Shown: positions 7,883-15,960, counted from the first letter of the stretch. The stretch is 20,000 nucleotides of DNA from an uncultured virus (IMG/VR IMGVR_UViG_3300027730_000821) (IMGVR_UViG_3300027730_000821:52535-72534), one strand, 5' to 3'. Notes: generated by a model not told the origin, from the sequence alone. Made by a program: numbers and translations.

Positions 7883-8707
7883 ATGTCGGCATCGTGGATT
7901 AACGCACTCAACAGTAGCGATTCTCGCATTCACAAAGAACACATTATCAGTCAGGCGCTAACAGCAGCATTACTTGGCAACACAACTGCTAAGTTTTTTC
8001 TTAATATGCTGAAGCTTTGTTATGATCCATACATCGTGTTTGGGGTAAGACAGATACCAGAAACTTTTGGAATTACTGATGCAGAAAACCCTTGGGACGA
8101 GTTTGGCGATCTTACTGTAAAGCTCGGCACTCGTGAACTCACCGGACATGATGCACGTGACGCTATCCAAACAATGGCAGACCGATTCGACAGTGACGAG
8201 TGGAATACTTTTCTTGCTCCCGTTTTGCGGCGCGACATACGCTGTGGCATATCGTCAACCACAATCAACAAAGTTTGCAAAAAGACAGAGTACGAAATTT
8301 CAGTTTTTGGGTGTCAACTGGCAACCAATTCTGAAGGCAGACCCGAGATGACCGGTATCAAACGTCTCGAACCTAAACTTGATGGCTGTTTAAGTTCAGA
8401 TTGGGTAGTTGAGTTTGAAGATGGCAGTAAAGTCACAATCAAGGAAGTAGTTGACAACAAATTAGCAGGTAAGGTCAAATCATACAATATGATTACCGGT
8501 AAGGTCGAATTTAACGAAATTACCGGCTGGGCGGTGGACGGAATTGATGACTCGGTCGATGATTATGAATGGTACGAGATAACATTAGAGAACGGTAAAA
8601 CTTTGCCACCGCTAACGGGTAATCATTTGGTCTATCTTCCTAAGTTAAAATGCTATCGTAGAGTAGACTTGCTAACTGACAATGATGAATTATTAGAGCA
8701 CATTTAA
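7883..8707 (+). CDS. lig: ATP-dependent DNA ligase N-terminal part (168 aa) fused to split-intein N-fragment (106 aa)
   Basis: Ligase N-domain (RRDIRCGISSTTINKV, CQLA) ends in motif I EPKLDG. Intein block A CLSSDWVVEF follows at 8387, block B LTGNHLVY comes later, then a stop. Confidence 0.92.
   Translation: MSASWINALNSSDSRIHKEHIISQALTAALLGNTTAKFFLNMLKLCYDPYIVFGVRQIPETFGITDAENPWDEFGDLTVKLGTRELTGHDARDAIQTMADRFDSDEWNTFLAPVLRRDIRCGISSTTINKVCKKTEYEISVFGCQLATNSEGRPEMTGIKRLEPKLDGCLSSDWVVEFEDGSKVTIKEVVDNKLAGKVKSYNMITGKVEFNEITGWAVDGIDDSVDDYEWYEITLENGKTLPPLTGNHLVYLPKLKCYRRVDLLTDNDELLEHI
8387..8704 (+). mobile_element. Split intein, N-fragment (IntN)
   Basis: Cys1 directly after KLDG; TxxH block B (TGNH); acidic composition; no block F/G before the stop. 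Confidence 0.9.
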
Positions 8708-8730
8708 CCATCTAATTTCTGCTACAGGCA

Positions 8731-8750
8731 TAAATAACTATTATAGGAGA
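8731..8750 (+). promoter_or_regulatory. Late promoter TAAATA and SD for the intervening endonuclease
   Basis: caTAAATA 8731-8736, AGGAG 8745-8749, ATG 8756. Confidence 0.6.
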
Positions 8751-8755
8751 TTATT

Positions 8756-9610
8756 ATGCCGGTATGTCATATATGTGGAAAAATAGTGAGGAACATTGAC
8801 TATCACCTAATAGGTGAACAGTATAAGGATAAGATCAGTGATATGATACTAGCAGGATATTCTATCTTGTACCTATCCAAGAATTCGTTGACCTTATTCG
8901 GAGAGAAAATATCATATGACATGATATCTACAACCTGCAAGCACCACGGTATTAAAATACCCAGTTTAAAAGATACTGCAAACAGTAGAATAACACGAGA
9001 TTTGTATAAGTCTACTGTAGAAAAAACATATGGTCATGGAATAACCAATGTATCTCAATCCAAACTAATCAAAGAAAAGAAAAATAATACAAACTTAGAT
9101 AGGTATGGAGTAATAAATCCGTTTCAACGAGAAGAAGTAAAGCAAAAATCAAAAGAAACCCTATATAAAAAATACGGAGTTCTTAACCCAGTTGAACTGC
9201 CATAGTATACCAAAAACAATGGGAGATTCTCTAAACCTCACAAAAAAATATCAGATTTCCTACATACTCTGACTATAGAACACGACAATGACAAAGCTGG
9301 TCTATTTAGAAAATTTAATGACGAGTTAAAAAGAACGTATTCACCTATCCCTGATATTTTTATTCCTGATAAAAATGTCGTAATAGAAATATTCGGTGAT
9401 AGATGGCACATGAATCCAAGAATATACCACGAGTCTGATGTTGTCGTGTTTTTTGACGGTCCGTGTACGGCCGCTGAGGTCTGGTTAGGTGATGAAATAC
9501 GAAATAACCATATCCGCTATTTTGGGGTTGACATAATTGTAATTTGGGAATATGATATCAAATATCACTTTGAAGACATCAAACTAATGCTAACTGAAAG
9601 ATTGACATGA
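8756..9610 (+). pseudogene. Free-standing Vsr-like/EDxHD-type homing endonuclease interrupted by one in-frame TAG (9203-9205)
   Basis: The frame stays open after the TAG: ...VELP*YTKNNGRFSKPHKKISDFL...SPIPDIFIPDKNVVIEIFGDRWHMNP...DEIRNNHIRYFGVDIIVIWEYDI. The N-half has a CHIC motif and repeated KYGVxNP-type DNA-binding modules. ORFs 8756-9205 and 9410-9610 share the frame. Confidence 0.85.
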
Positions 9611-9723
9611 CCACCCTAAAAATCAAAAGTATTAAAAAACTACCTCCAACCAAAATGGCACGGTATGACATACAAGTAAAGAATACCGAAAACTTTTTTG
9701 CAAATGGGGTGCTAGTCCACAAC
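9607..9723 (+). mobile_element. Split intein, C-fragment (IntC)
   Basis: Basic N-terminus, block F (YDIQV...NFFANG), block G terminal HN, +1 Cys at 9724. Confidence 0.92.
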
Positions 9724-10569
9724 TGCCGTGTTCTACTAGTAGTGCAAGTTCTTGACAGCGGGGCACATGTCACATGCTATAGCCGTAATGGTAAGGTATT
9801 TGAAAACTTTAACCACATCGAAAAACAAGTACTTGATAACTTACCTGAAATGATTGCTGCTAGGCATGAGGTAGGAGGCCTTGGGGCAGACCTAACTCTT
9901 GGATTTGTGCTTGATGGTGAAGTTGTGGGTAATAGTTTTCAAGAACTGATGCGCCAGGCTCGTCGTAAAGAAAATGTTGCGAGCGAGGACAGTGTGTTTC
10001 ACGTATTTGACATTATTCCTATTCTTGATTTTAGCAGGGGATACTGGAACGCATCCCTGACCAAACGTCTCGCATTGCTTGACGCAATGAAGTCTGCCAT
10101 TGACAAGATGTCCAACCTAGAATTACTTCCACATCTACTTGTTGATCTTACTACACTCGAGGGCAGAAATCAGCTTGATCGTTATGCAAAAGATATGGTT
10201 ACTGCTGGATTTGAGGGCATCATGATCAAGGATCTTGCGACCTCGTATGAATGTAAGCGTAACACCGCCTGGATGAAGTACAAGCCCGTGCATGATTACG
10301 ACCTCACTGTAATCGGTGTGGAATCCGGTACCGGAAAGAACAAGGACAGAATGGGAGCATTGGTCTGTGAAGGAATGGACGACGGAAAACACATTGTAGT
10401 CAATGTGGGTAGCGGGTTTACTGATGCTGAACGACAAGAATATTGGGATAACCGAAACGATCTGATCGGGCGATCGGTGGTAATTATGGCAGATGCGATA
10501 ACTCTTAATCAAAACGGCACTTATAGTCTACGTTTTCCTAGATTTAAATCATTTCGATATGACAAGTGA
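9607..10569 (+). CDS. lig: Split-intein C-fragment (39 aa) fused to the ATP-dependent DNA ligase C-terminal part (281 aa)
   Basis: MTTLKIKSIKK...YDIQVKNTENFFANGVLVHN|CRV..., then ligase motifs YSRNGK, VLDGEVV, FHVFDI, FEGIMIKD, WMKYKP, VGSGF and SLRFPRF. Confidence 0.93.
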   Translation: MTTLKIKSIKKLPPTKMARYDIQVKNTENFFANGVLVHNCRVLLVVQVLDSGAHVTCYSRNGKVFENFNHIEKQVLDNLPEMIAARHEVGGLGADLTLGFVLDGEVVGNSFQELMRQARRKENVASEDSVFHVFDIIPILDFSRGYWNASLTKRLALLDAMKSAIDKMSNLELLPHLLVDLTTLEGRNQLDRYAKDMVTAGFEGIMIKDLATSYECKRNTAWMKYKPVHDYDLTVIGVESGTGKNKDRMGALVCEGMDDGKHIVVNVGSGFTDAERQEYWDNRNDLIGRSVVIMADAITLNQNGTYSLRFPRFKSFRYDK

Positions 10570-10578
10570 GGAACTAAA

Positions 10579-10758
10579 ATGTCTGGTTTAAATATTATTT
10601 TCGAAGAACTACCTCAACGCTGCGAAGGTTGTGGTATTATTGCAGAGACTCGACCGTTTGGCATCAATCATGAAGAAATCTGCTTTGATTGTGCTATGAA
10701 GGATGAAGCGGTTACCCAGATACGCATGAAGGAGTTTTTGTTTGGTGACGAAGAATGA
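10579..10758 (+). CDS. Small Zn-finger protein (59 aa, not in the ORF track)
   Basis: MSGLNIIFEELPQRCEGCGIIAETRPFGINHEEICFDCAMKD...; SD GAGGA; CxxC...CxxC. Confidence 0.75.
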   Translation: MSGLNIIFEELPQRCEGCGIIAETRPFGINHEEICFDCAMKDEAVTQIRMKEFLFGDEE

Positions 10759-10997
10759 ACGAGAACACTGACAATATAGAAGGTTGGGAAGAAGATCCAG
10801 TCGATTACCTAGAACTTCAAAAGATGGTCGGTAAGAAATATGTTTTCGAAGACGGTGACAGTATTGAGATCGTGCAGATCAAACGTAGAGAGACTGGTCC
10901 ATGGGTAACATATCATGTTCAGCAAGGACCGGGTATTCCCAGAAAGTTGTTGATGATGCTCGACGAATTTCATATTACATATGGTCATCTGTTTTAA
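10755..10997 (+). CDS. Hypothetical protein
   Basis: 80 aa, ATGA-coupled to the upstream gene. Confidence 0.75.
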   Translation: MNENTDNIEGWEEDPVDYLELQKMVGKKYVFEDGDSIEIVQIKRRETGPWVTYHVQQGPGIPRKLLMMLDEFHITYGHLF

Positions 10998-11032
10998 ATC
11001 CAACAGAAACAGAAAATTAGACTAAATAGCTA

Positions 11033-11164
11033 ATGACACTTTATGCATACAAATGGACTCGCCTATCTACAGACAAATGGTATGTAGGATCCCTCACTAT
11101 GGCCGTGACCTATCCAAAATTTGGATATCGTTGCTCCAGCAGGGAAAACACAAATGATATTTAA
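11033..11164 (+). pseudogene. Truncated GIY-YIG endonuclease remnant (43 aa)
   Basis: MTLYAYKWTRLSTDKWYVGSLT...GYRCSS resembles the YxYxW...WYIGS...GYxCSS start of phage GIY-YIG nucleases; TAAATA at 11023-11028. Confidence 0.55.
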
Positions 11165-12701
11165 TGCCATCGTACTGCTAGTTGCCCTGTTTATTTCCGC
11201 AATTAGTGCTTTCTATTCCATCACTGGTTTGGCCGTCATCTTTTCAGCGGCAGCAGTGCCAGTGATGGTTATGGGAAGTGCATTAGAGTTAGGTAAAATC
11301 ACGGCGGTGGTATGGCTTCACAAATACTGGACCAAAGCCGGATGGGCGCTGAAATCGTATCTAGTGCTGGCAGTTGTGTCATTGATGCTAATCACCTCTA
11401 TGGGGACATATGGATATTTGGCAAAGGCTCACAGTGACCAGACTTTAGTAAGTGGCGACACCGCTGCTAAAGTTGAGCTAGTTGATGAAAAGATCAAGAT
11501 TTCGCGCGAAAACATTGCCATGAGCCAAAAGGCTCTTGAGCAAATGAACAGTCAGGTTGATCAGTTATTGGGTAGAACCGACGATGACAGGGGTGCTAAT
11601 CGTGCGATTCAGGTTCGTAGGCAACAAGCCACCGAACGCAATCGATTAATACAAGAGATAGAAGCTGAACAAGCTGAAATAGCAAAACTTAACGAAGAAG
11701 TTGCGCCCATTCGTGCCGAGATTCGCAAAGTTGAGGCCGAAATAGGTCCGATCAAGTACATCGCCGCAATGATATACGGTGACGACCCAGATACTAATTT
11801 ATTAGAACGCGCGGTACGTTGGGTTATCATTCTTCTCGTACTAGTGTTTGATCCACTGGCGCTTGCACTTATGGTAGCTGCACAGAGCAGCTATAAATGG
11901 TTAAATGAAGATTTAGCAAAAAATCAAAATGAAGATAAATCCACAGATAGTATAGAAGTTTTGCCATCCGCAGAACAGTCTAAACCTAAAGTTCAGGAGG
12001 ATGTTGTTCCGAAGGAAGAAAAAACGGAATCACTAGAACACGAACTTCTAAAAACAACCGAGATAGAATTAATACCAGAGCCGGTATTAATTATAAACGA
12101 TATTTTCCCTTATGCAGAGGATGCATACAATGATGCTAAACCTATACCAGAGCGCAATGAAGCGCTACCTGTTGATTTCGATGAACCAATTAGAGAAGAG
12201 CCTGACGAAACATCTTTGGCCGTCTCAGGTAAAGATGTGGAACGATTGGGTGAGCCTAAAAACGAAACTGAAAAACGACATAGACTAGCAGAACCCAGCA
12301 TCAAGACTGAAGGGGTAACTTTACGGTCTACCGGTGGTGACTATGTAGAATATGACGGAAAATCTATGAGTACAGCAGCACTAAAGACGATGCGCCCTGA
12401 TTTATTTGCCATTGTTGCGGATATAGATCATCCTATCAATACTAATTTTGGAACACAGTTTCCCAAGATTGCACAAAAAGGAGACGTGTTTGTGCGTGTA
12501 GATATGTTACCGAATCGTGTTTATAAGTTTGATAGCTATAAATGGATAGAAATTAACAAAGAACAATCTGATTCTTATTTGTATGATGATGCTTATATAA
12601 AACACCTTATTGCCCAAATCGAACGAGGCGAATATGATGTTGACTTGCTGACCGAAAACGAAAAGTTACAAATAGAAGAATACATCAAAAAAGATACCTA
12701 G
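11154..12701 (+). CDS. Membrane protein with coiled coil (DUF4407-like) and a C-terminal soluble domain
   Basis: About 3 N-terminal TM helices, a coiled coil, a further TM (VIILLVLVFDPLALALMVAA), an acidic linker and a FGTQFP...GDVFVRVDMLPNRVYKFD..KW domain. ATG 11154 after AGGGA is preferred over TTG 11121. Confidence 0.7.
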   Translation: MIFNAIVLLVALFISAISAFYSITGLAVIFSAAAVPVMVMGSALELGKITAVVWLHKYWTKAGWALKSYLVLAVVSLMLITSMGTYGYLAKAHSDQTLVSGDTAAKVELVDEKIKISRENIAMSQKALEQMNSQVDQLLGRTDDDRGANRAIQVRRQQATERNRLIQEIEAEQAEIAKLNEEVAPIRAEIRKVEAEIGPIKYIAAMIYGDDPDTNLLERAVRWVIILLVLVFDPLALALMVAAQSSYKWLNEDLAKNQNEDKSTDSIEVLPSAEQSKPKVQEDVVPKEEKTESLEHELLKTTEIELIPEPVLIINDIFPYAEDAYNDAKPIPERNEALPVDFDEPIREEPDETSLAVSGKDVERLGEPKNETEKRHRLAEPSIKTEGVTLRSTGGDYVEYDGKSMSTAALKTMRPDLFAIVADIDHPINTNFGTQFPKIAQKGDVFVRVDMLPNRVYKFDSYKWIEINKEQSDSYLYDDAYIKHLIAQIERGEYDVDLLTENEKLQIEEYIKKDT

Positions 12702-12734
12702 GCAGTTTCAGTCATCAAAGAGTAGAGTAAAATA

Positions 12735-13952
12735 ATGCCAGATAAACTTCAGTATTGTTCTTTCTGCGGGACGCACAAAGACAATGTAACTAAATTGATT
12801 GTGGGCGACGACGCGGCTATATGCAGCGATTGCATTGCATTATGTAACCAACTTGTTATCAACGAGCAAGCAGAGGAACCAGTAGCCGCTGAACCTGAAA
12901 GTTTTGATGCATATAGTATTAAGAAACATTTAGATCAACATGTTATTGGCCAAGACGCTGCTAAAGAAGTGTTGGCAGTTGCTATAGCTAATCATTATAA
13001 AAGAATCACATATCCGTCAACCGACCTAGAGATTCGAAAAGGAAATGTATTGCTTGTTGGTCCTACAGGATCCGGCAAGACCTTGATCGCCCGAGCAGTT
13101 GCGAAGTATCTAAGTGTTCCGTTCGTGGTTGCTGACGCGACTAGTTTAACTGAATCAGGGTATGTTGGCGAAGACGTAGAAAGTATGATTAGTATGCTCT
13201 TGGCTAGTGCAGGCGGTGATGTTGCATTAGCAGAGAGAGGTATCGTCTTCATAGATGAGATTGACAAGGTGTCACGTAAAAGTGAAAATGCTTCTGTTAC
13301 GCGCGACGTAAGCGGAGAAGGCGTTCAGCAAGCACTATTGAAGATGATCGAAGGGACGACGTGCCGTGTGCCAGTAACCGGCAAACGCAAGAATCCACAA
13401 GGAGATATGATTGAGGTCGACACTAAAAATATTCTCTTTATTGCCGGAGGCGCCTTTACGGGCCTTGATCTTATAATCAAAAATAGAATTCAGGGTGCTT
13501 CGATCGGGTTCGTGCAAAATATAAAGACTAAGGATAAGAAAAGTAGTGCTGTCACTCCAGATGATCTGATCAAATTTGGAATGATTCCTGAATTTATCGG
13601 CAGATTCACTACGACTGTTGCATTGAACGAACTTACAGTAGACGAATTGATTTTGGTACTGACCTCAGTAAAAAACAATTTTATCGACCAATTCACGCAT
13701 CTATTTAAGATAGACAACATTAAATTGTCTTTCACTGACGAAGCTATAGCACAGCTTGCGCAGCGGTGTATAGAGTTAAACGTTGGGGCGCGTGGTCTTC
13801 ATACTGAGATAGAGCGAGTATTGATGCCAGCGATGTTCCACGTTAGCAAGTTTAGAGAACACGGGGTCACTGAATTAATAATCACTACTGAACACATCAA
13901 GGATCCTAGTTTAGTAATAGCAAAATATCTTTTACCTAAAACTGGTGTTTGA
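12735..13952 (+). CDS. clpX: ATP-dependent Clp protease ATP-binding subunit ClpX
   Basis: C4 Zn domain CSFC...CSDC, Walker A GPTGSGKT, GYVG pore loop, Walker B IVFIDEIDK, RDVSGEGVQQALLK, IGF loop, GARGL. Confidence 0.97.
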   Translation: MPDKLQYCSFCGTHKDNVTKLIVGDDAAICSDCIALCNQLVINEQAEEPVAAEPESFDAYSIKKHLDQHVIGQDAAKEVLAVAIANHYKRITYPSTDLEIRKGNVLLVGPTGSGKTLIARAVAKYLSVPFVVADATSLTESGYVGEDVESMISMLLASAGGDVALAERGIVFIDEIDKVSRKSENASVTRDVSGEGVQQALLKMIEGTTCRVPVTGKRKNPQGDMIEVDTKNILFIAGGAFTGLDLIIKNRIQGASIGFVQNIKTKDKKSSAVTPDDLIKFGMIPEFIGRFTTTVALNELTVDELILVLTSVKNNFIDQFTHLFKIDNIKLSFTDEAIAQLAQRCIELNVGARGLHTEIERVLMPAMFHVSKFREHGVTELIITTEHIKDPSLVIAKYLLPKTGV

Positions 13953-13983
13953 CTCGAAAAGCAAATAACTTGACCCAAAATAC

Positions 13984-14077
13984 TTTACAACTACCGAAAT
14001 TTCTTGTATAAATAACACAGTAGGGTGCTTTTAAAGGCTCTACTGTCATTATTTGCTTAAAGGAGAAATAATATGAC
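13984..14077 (+). promoter_or_regulatory. Overlapping sigma70-like and late promoter, 5' hairpin and ROSE-like SD-sequestering stem
   Basis: TTTACA, 17 bp, TATAAATA (14007-14014); ACAGTAG/CTACTGT stem (14017-14046); TTGCT (14053-14057) next to AGGAG (14061-14065). Confidence 0.6.
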
Positions 14078-14531
14078 TAATTCACAACTAACCCTTCGTT
14101 CTTTGGATATTCCGAACTTGCATAAATTTGGAATTGGATTTGATAACATCTTTGATGAACTATCGCGAATCAATGCACAACAAGCAAATGCTCCCAACTA
14201 CCCTCCATATAATATCATAAAGCACGATGAAGATCACTTTTCTATCGCGCTAGCTATTGCAGGATTTACGCCAGAAGATGTTTCCATCACGCTAGAGAAG
14301 AAAATTCTTACAATCAAGGGCGAGCAACGTCAACCCCTAGATGATTTAGAAAAAGAAACTGAATACTTGCACCGGGGTATTTCGGCGCGTAACTTTGTTC
14401 GTACTTTTACGATTGCAGAACATGTTGAAGTGATAAGTGCGGAAGCAGAACACGGCATCCTCAATATAAACTTGAAGCGTGAAATACCTGAAGAGCAAAA
14501 ACCAAAGAATATACCTATACAGCAGAAATAA
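14073..14531 (+). CDS. hsp20: Small heat-shock protein (Hsp20, IbpA-like)
   Basis: IGFD, NYPPYNI, IALAIAGF, YLHRGISARNFVRTF, HGILNINL and C-terminal IPI motif. Confidence 0.96.
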   Translation: MTNSQLTLRSLDIPNLHKFGIGFDNIFDELSRINAQQANAPNYPPYNIIKHDEDHFSIALAIAGFTPEDVSITLEKKILTIKGEQRQPLDDLEKETEYLHRGISARNFVRTFTIAEHVEVISAEAEHGILNINLKREIPEEQKPKNIPIQQK

Positions 14532-14550
14532 TATACTACACACAACAACC

Positions 14551-14577
14551 GTGCTAGCAGTCATTGACTGCTAGCAC
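14551..14577. terminator. Perfect hairpin between hsp20 and clpS
   Basis: GTGCTAGCAGTCA-T-TGACTGCTAGCAC followed by ATTT. Confidence 0.6.
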
Positions 14578-14595
14578 ATTTAAAGGAAGATAATA

Positions 14596-14904
14596 ATGTC
14601 AGCGAACACAGATACCCGTAGCAAGATCAAGCCTAATATTGCCTTAAAGGAGCCGCCGCTTTTTAGGATCATCTACATCAACGATGAGGTGACCTCGATG
14701 GAATTTGTGGTCGGGTCACTGATAGACTATTTCAATTATAACCCAGATACTGCTAGTCACATCACGACTGAAATACATGAAAAGGGCAGTGCAATCGTTG
14801 CTGTTCTACCTTATGAGATTGCGGAACAGCGCGGCATTGAAGTTACGCTTGATGCTCGTGCCCAAGGGTATCCGCTTCAAGTTAAGGTTGAAGCCGACAG
14901 TTAG
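14596..14904 (+). CDS. clpS: N-degron adaptor ClpS
   Basis: PPLFRIIYINDEVTSMEFVV, EIHEKGSAIV, YEIAEQR and GYPLQVKVE match ClpS. Confidence 0.93.
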   Translation: MSANTDTRSKIKPNIALKEPPLFRIIYINDEVTSMEFVVGSLIDYFNYNPDTASHITTEIHEKGSAIVAVLPYEIAEQRGIEVTLDARAQGYPLQVKVEADS

Positions 14905-14908
14905 TATA

Positions 14909-14941
14909 TTGCGGCTCTGAGTCTAAAATTCAGAGCCGCAA
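14909..14941. terminator. Bidirectional terminator between convergent genes
   Basis: TTGCGGCTCTGA-gtctaaaat-TCAGAGCCGCAA. Confidence 0.75.
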
Positions 14942-14988
14942 ATTCTTATAGATTTGTTGTAGCGACAGAATGCCTCTTTCATGATGAC

Positions 14989-15687
14989 TCACACAACTAA
15001 TGTGATTCTTTTTGCCCAATAGGGATTCTTACTTAAATAAGGATTATTGACAAAGTTGATATCATTGATATAGGTATCAACAGTTTTGCGGTAAGTACCA
15101 AATACCCAGTGAGTGACTTTATGTTCAGTATCGCTACCTAGTACCTCTTTAAGAGGTATTTGATCATTCATTTGGTGAGGAGCCTCACCAAAATAAAGTT
15201 CTTCCAACGGTACCGCATTCGATATCACTATTATGTTTTTGACATCTAAGTGTTTTTGCAGTTTTTCAATCGACTTGCGAAGATAGAACATATCTTCGTC
15301 TCTGGCTACCGTTCTTACTGTTTCTCCGATCGTTGATGTGTCTCCCGAATCGGCCCAGCCATTCGAGCCTAGCAAGGCAATACCATCAATAATAGCTACT
15401 TGTTGATGCAACAAACAGATATTAGGAATACTACCTGCAATAGCAATAAGTTCTTTTGTTTTAGTAGAAATATCGACTGCATCAACATATTCGAGTGGAC
15501 CAGGAACATAAAACACGCCTTGGTAAAATCTGCTAAGATGAGAGAGTGTTTGTATGATCGTTCGTAGATCAGAACTAACATTACCTGCTATAATACAATA
15601 CAAACTGGTCGCTTTGTTTTCCCAATTAAAATGGTCATCGGGCGCAAGATGCAGGTCGCCTATTATGTCAAAGCCAATGTCTTGCAT
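14989..15687 (-). CDS. Calcineurin-like metallophosphoesterase homolog with a degenerate active site
   Basis: IIGDLHL, IIAGNV, YVPGPLEY, ISNAVP and WVFGTYR line up with the five MPP motifs; NNPY near the C-terminus. Confidence 0.8.
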   Translation of the reverse strand: MQDIGFDIIGDLHLAPDDHFNWENKATSLYCIIAGNVSSDLRTIIQTLSHLSRFYQGVFYVPGPLEYVDAVDISTKTKELIAIAGSIPNICLLHQQVAIIDGIALLGSNGWADSGDTSTIGETVRTVARDEDMFYLRKSIEKLQKHLDVKNIIVISNAVPLEELYFGEAPHQMNDQIPLKEVLGSDTEHKVTHWVFGTYRKTVDTYINDINFVNNPYLSKNPYWAKRITLVV

Positions 15688-15697
15688 AAAATATATT

Positions 15698-15892
15698 TTA
15701 TTTAGCTATGTTTAACTTTGGCTTACGACTGGTTGTTTTTTTACCTGTTGCTTTCTTAGTTTTCGTTTTTTCTTGCGCGGGTTCTACTTCTTCTACTGTT
15801 GCAGGCTCGTTTACTTCAGTTACGGGTTCAACTTTTGCGGAAGCAACAGTAGCCGTAAATTTAGTTAGCAGCTTTTTCAAAAATAACATCAT
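15698..15892 (-). CDS. Small protein with acidic middle and Lys-rich tail
   Basis: 64 aa, SD AGGAG, late box TAAATA at 15926-15921. Confidence 0.65.
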   Translation of the reverse strand: MMLFLKKLLTKFTATVASAKVEPVTEVNEPATVEEVEPAQEKTKTKKATGKKTTSRKPKLNIAK

Positions 15893-15960
15893 GAATCTCC
15901 TATTGTTGATATTCTGCTAGTATTTATGATTGTTTAATATTTGATTAGAATAAATACTTC

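Noticed and set aside
8708..9606. Group I intron interrupting the ligase
   Set aside because: No space or recognisable P/Q/R/S core: there are only 48 nt of non-coding sequence, and both flanks carry protein-splicing motifs with their own stop and start.
8756..9610. Genome-wide TAG reassignment (genetic code 15)
   Set aside because: ClpS and other genes end at TAG at plausible lengths, and long genes contain no internal TAG. Only one case was found.
11121..11153. TTG start for the membrane protein
   Set aside because: ATG 11154 has an SD and begins the first TM helix; the upstream part belongs to the GIY-YIG stub.
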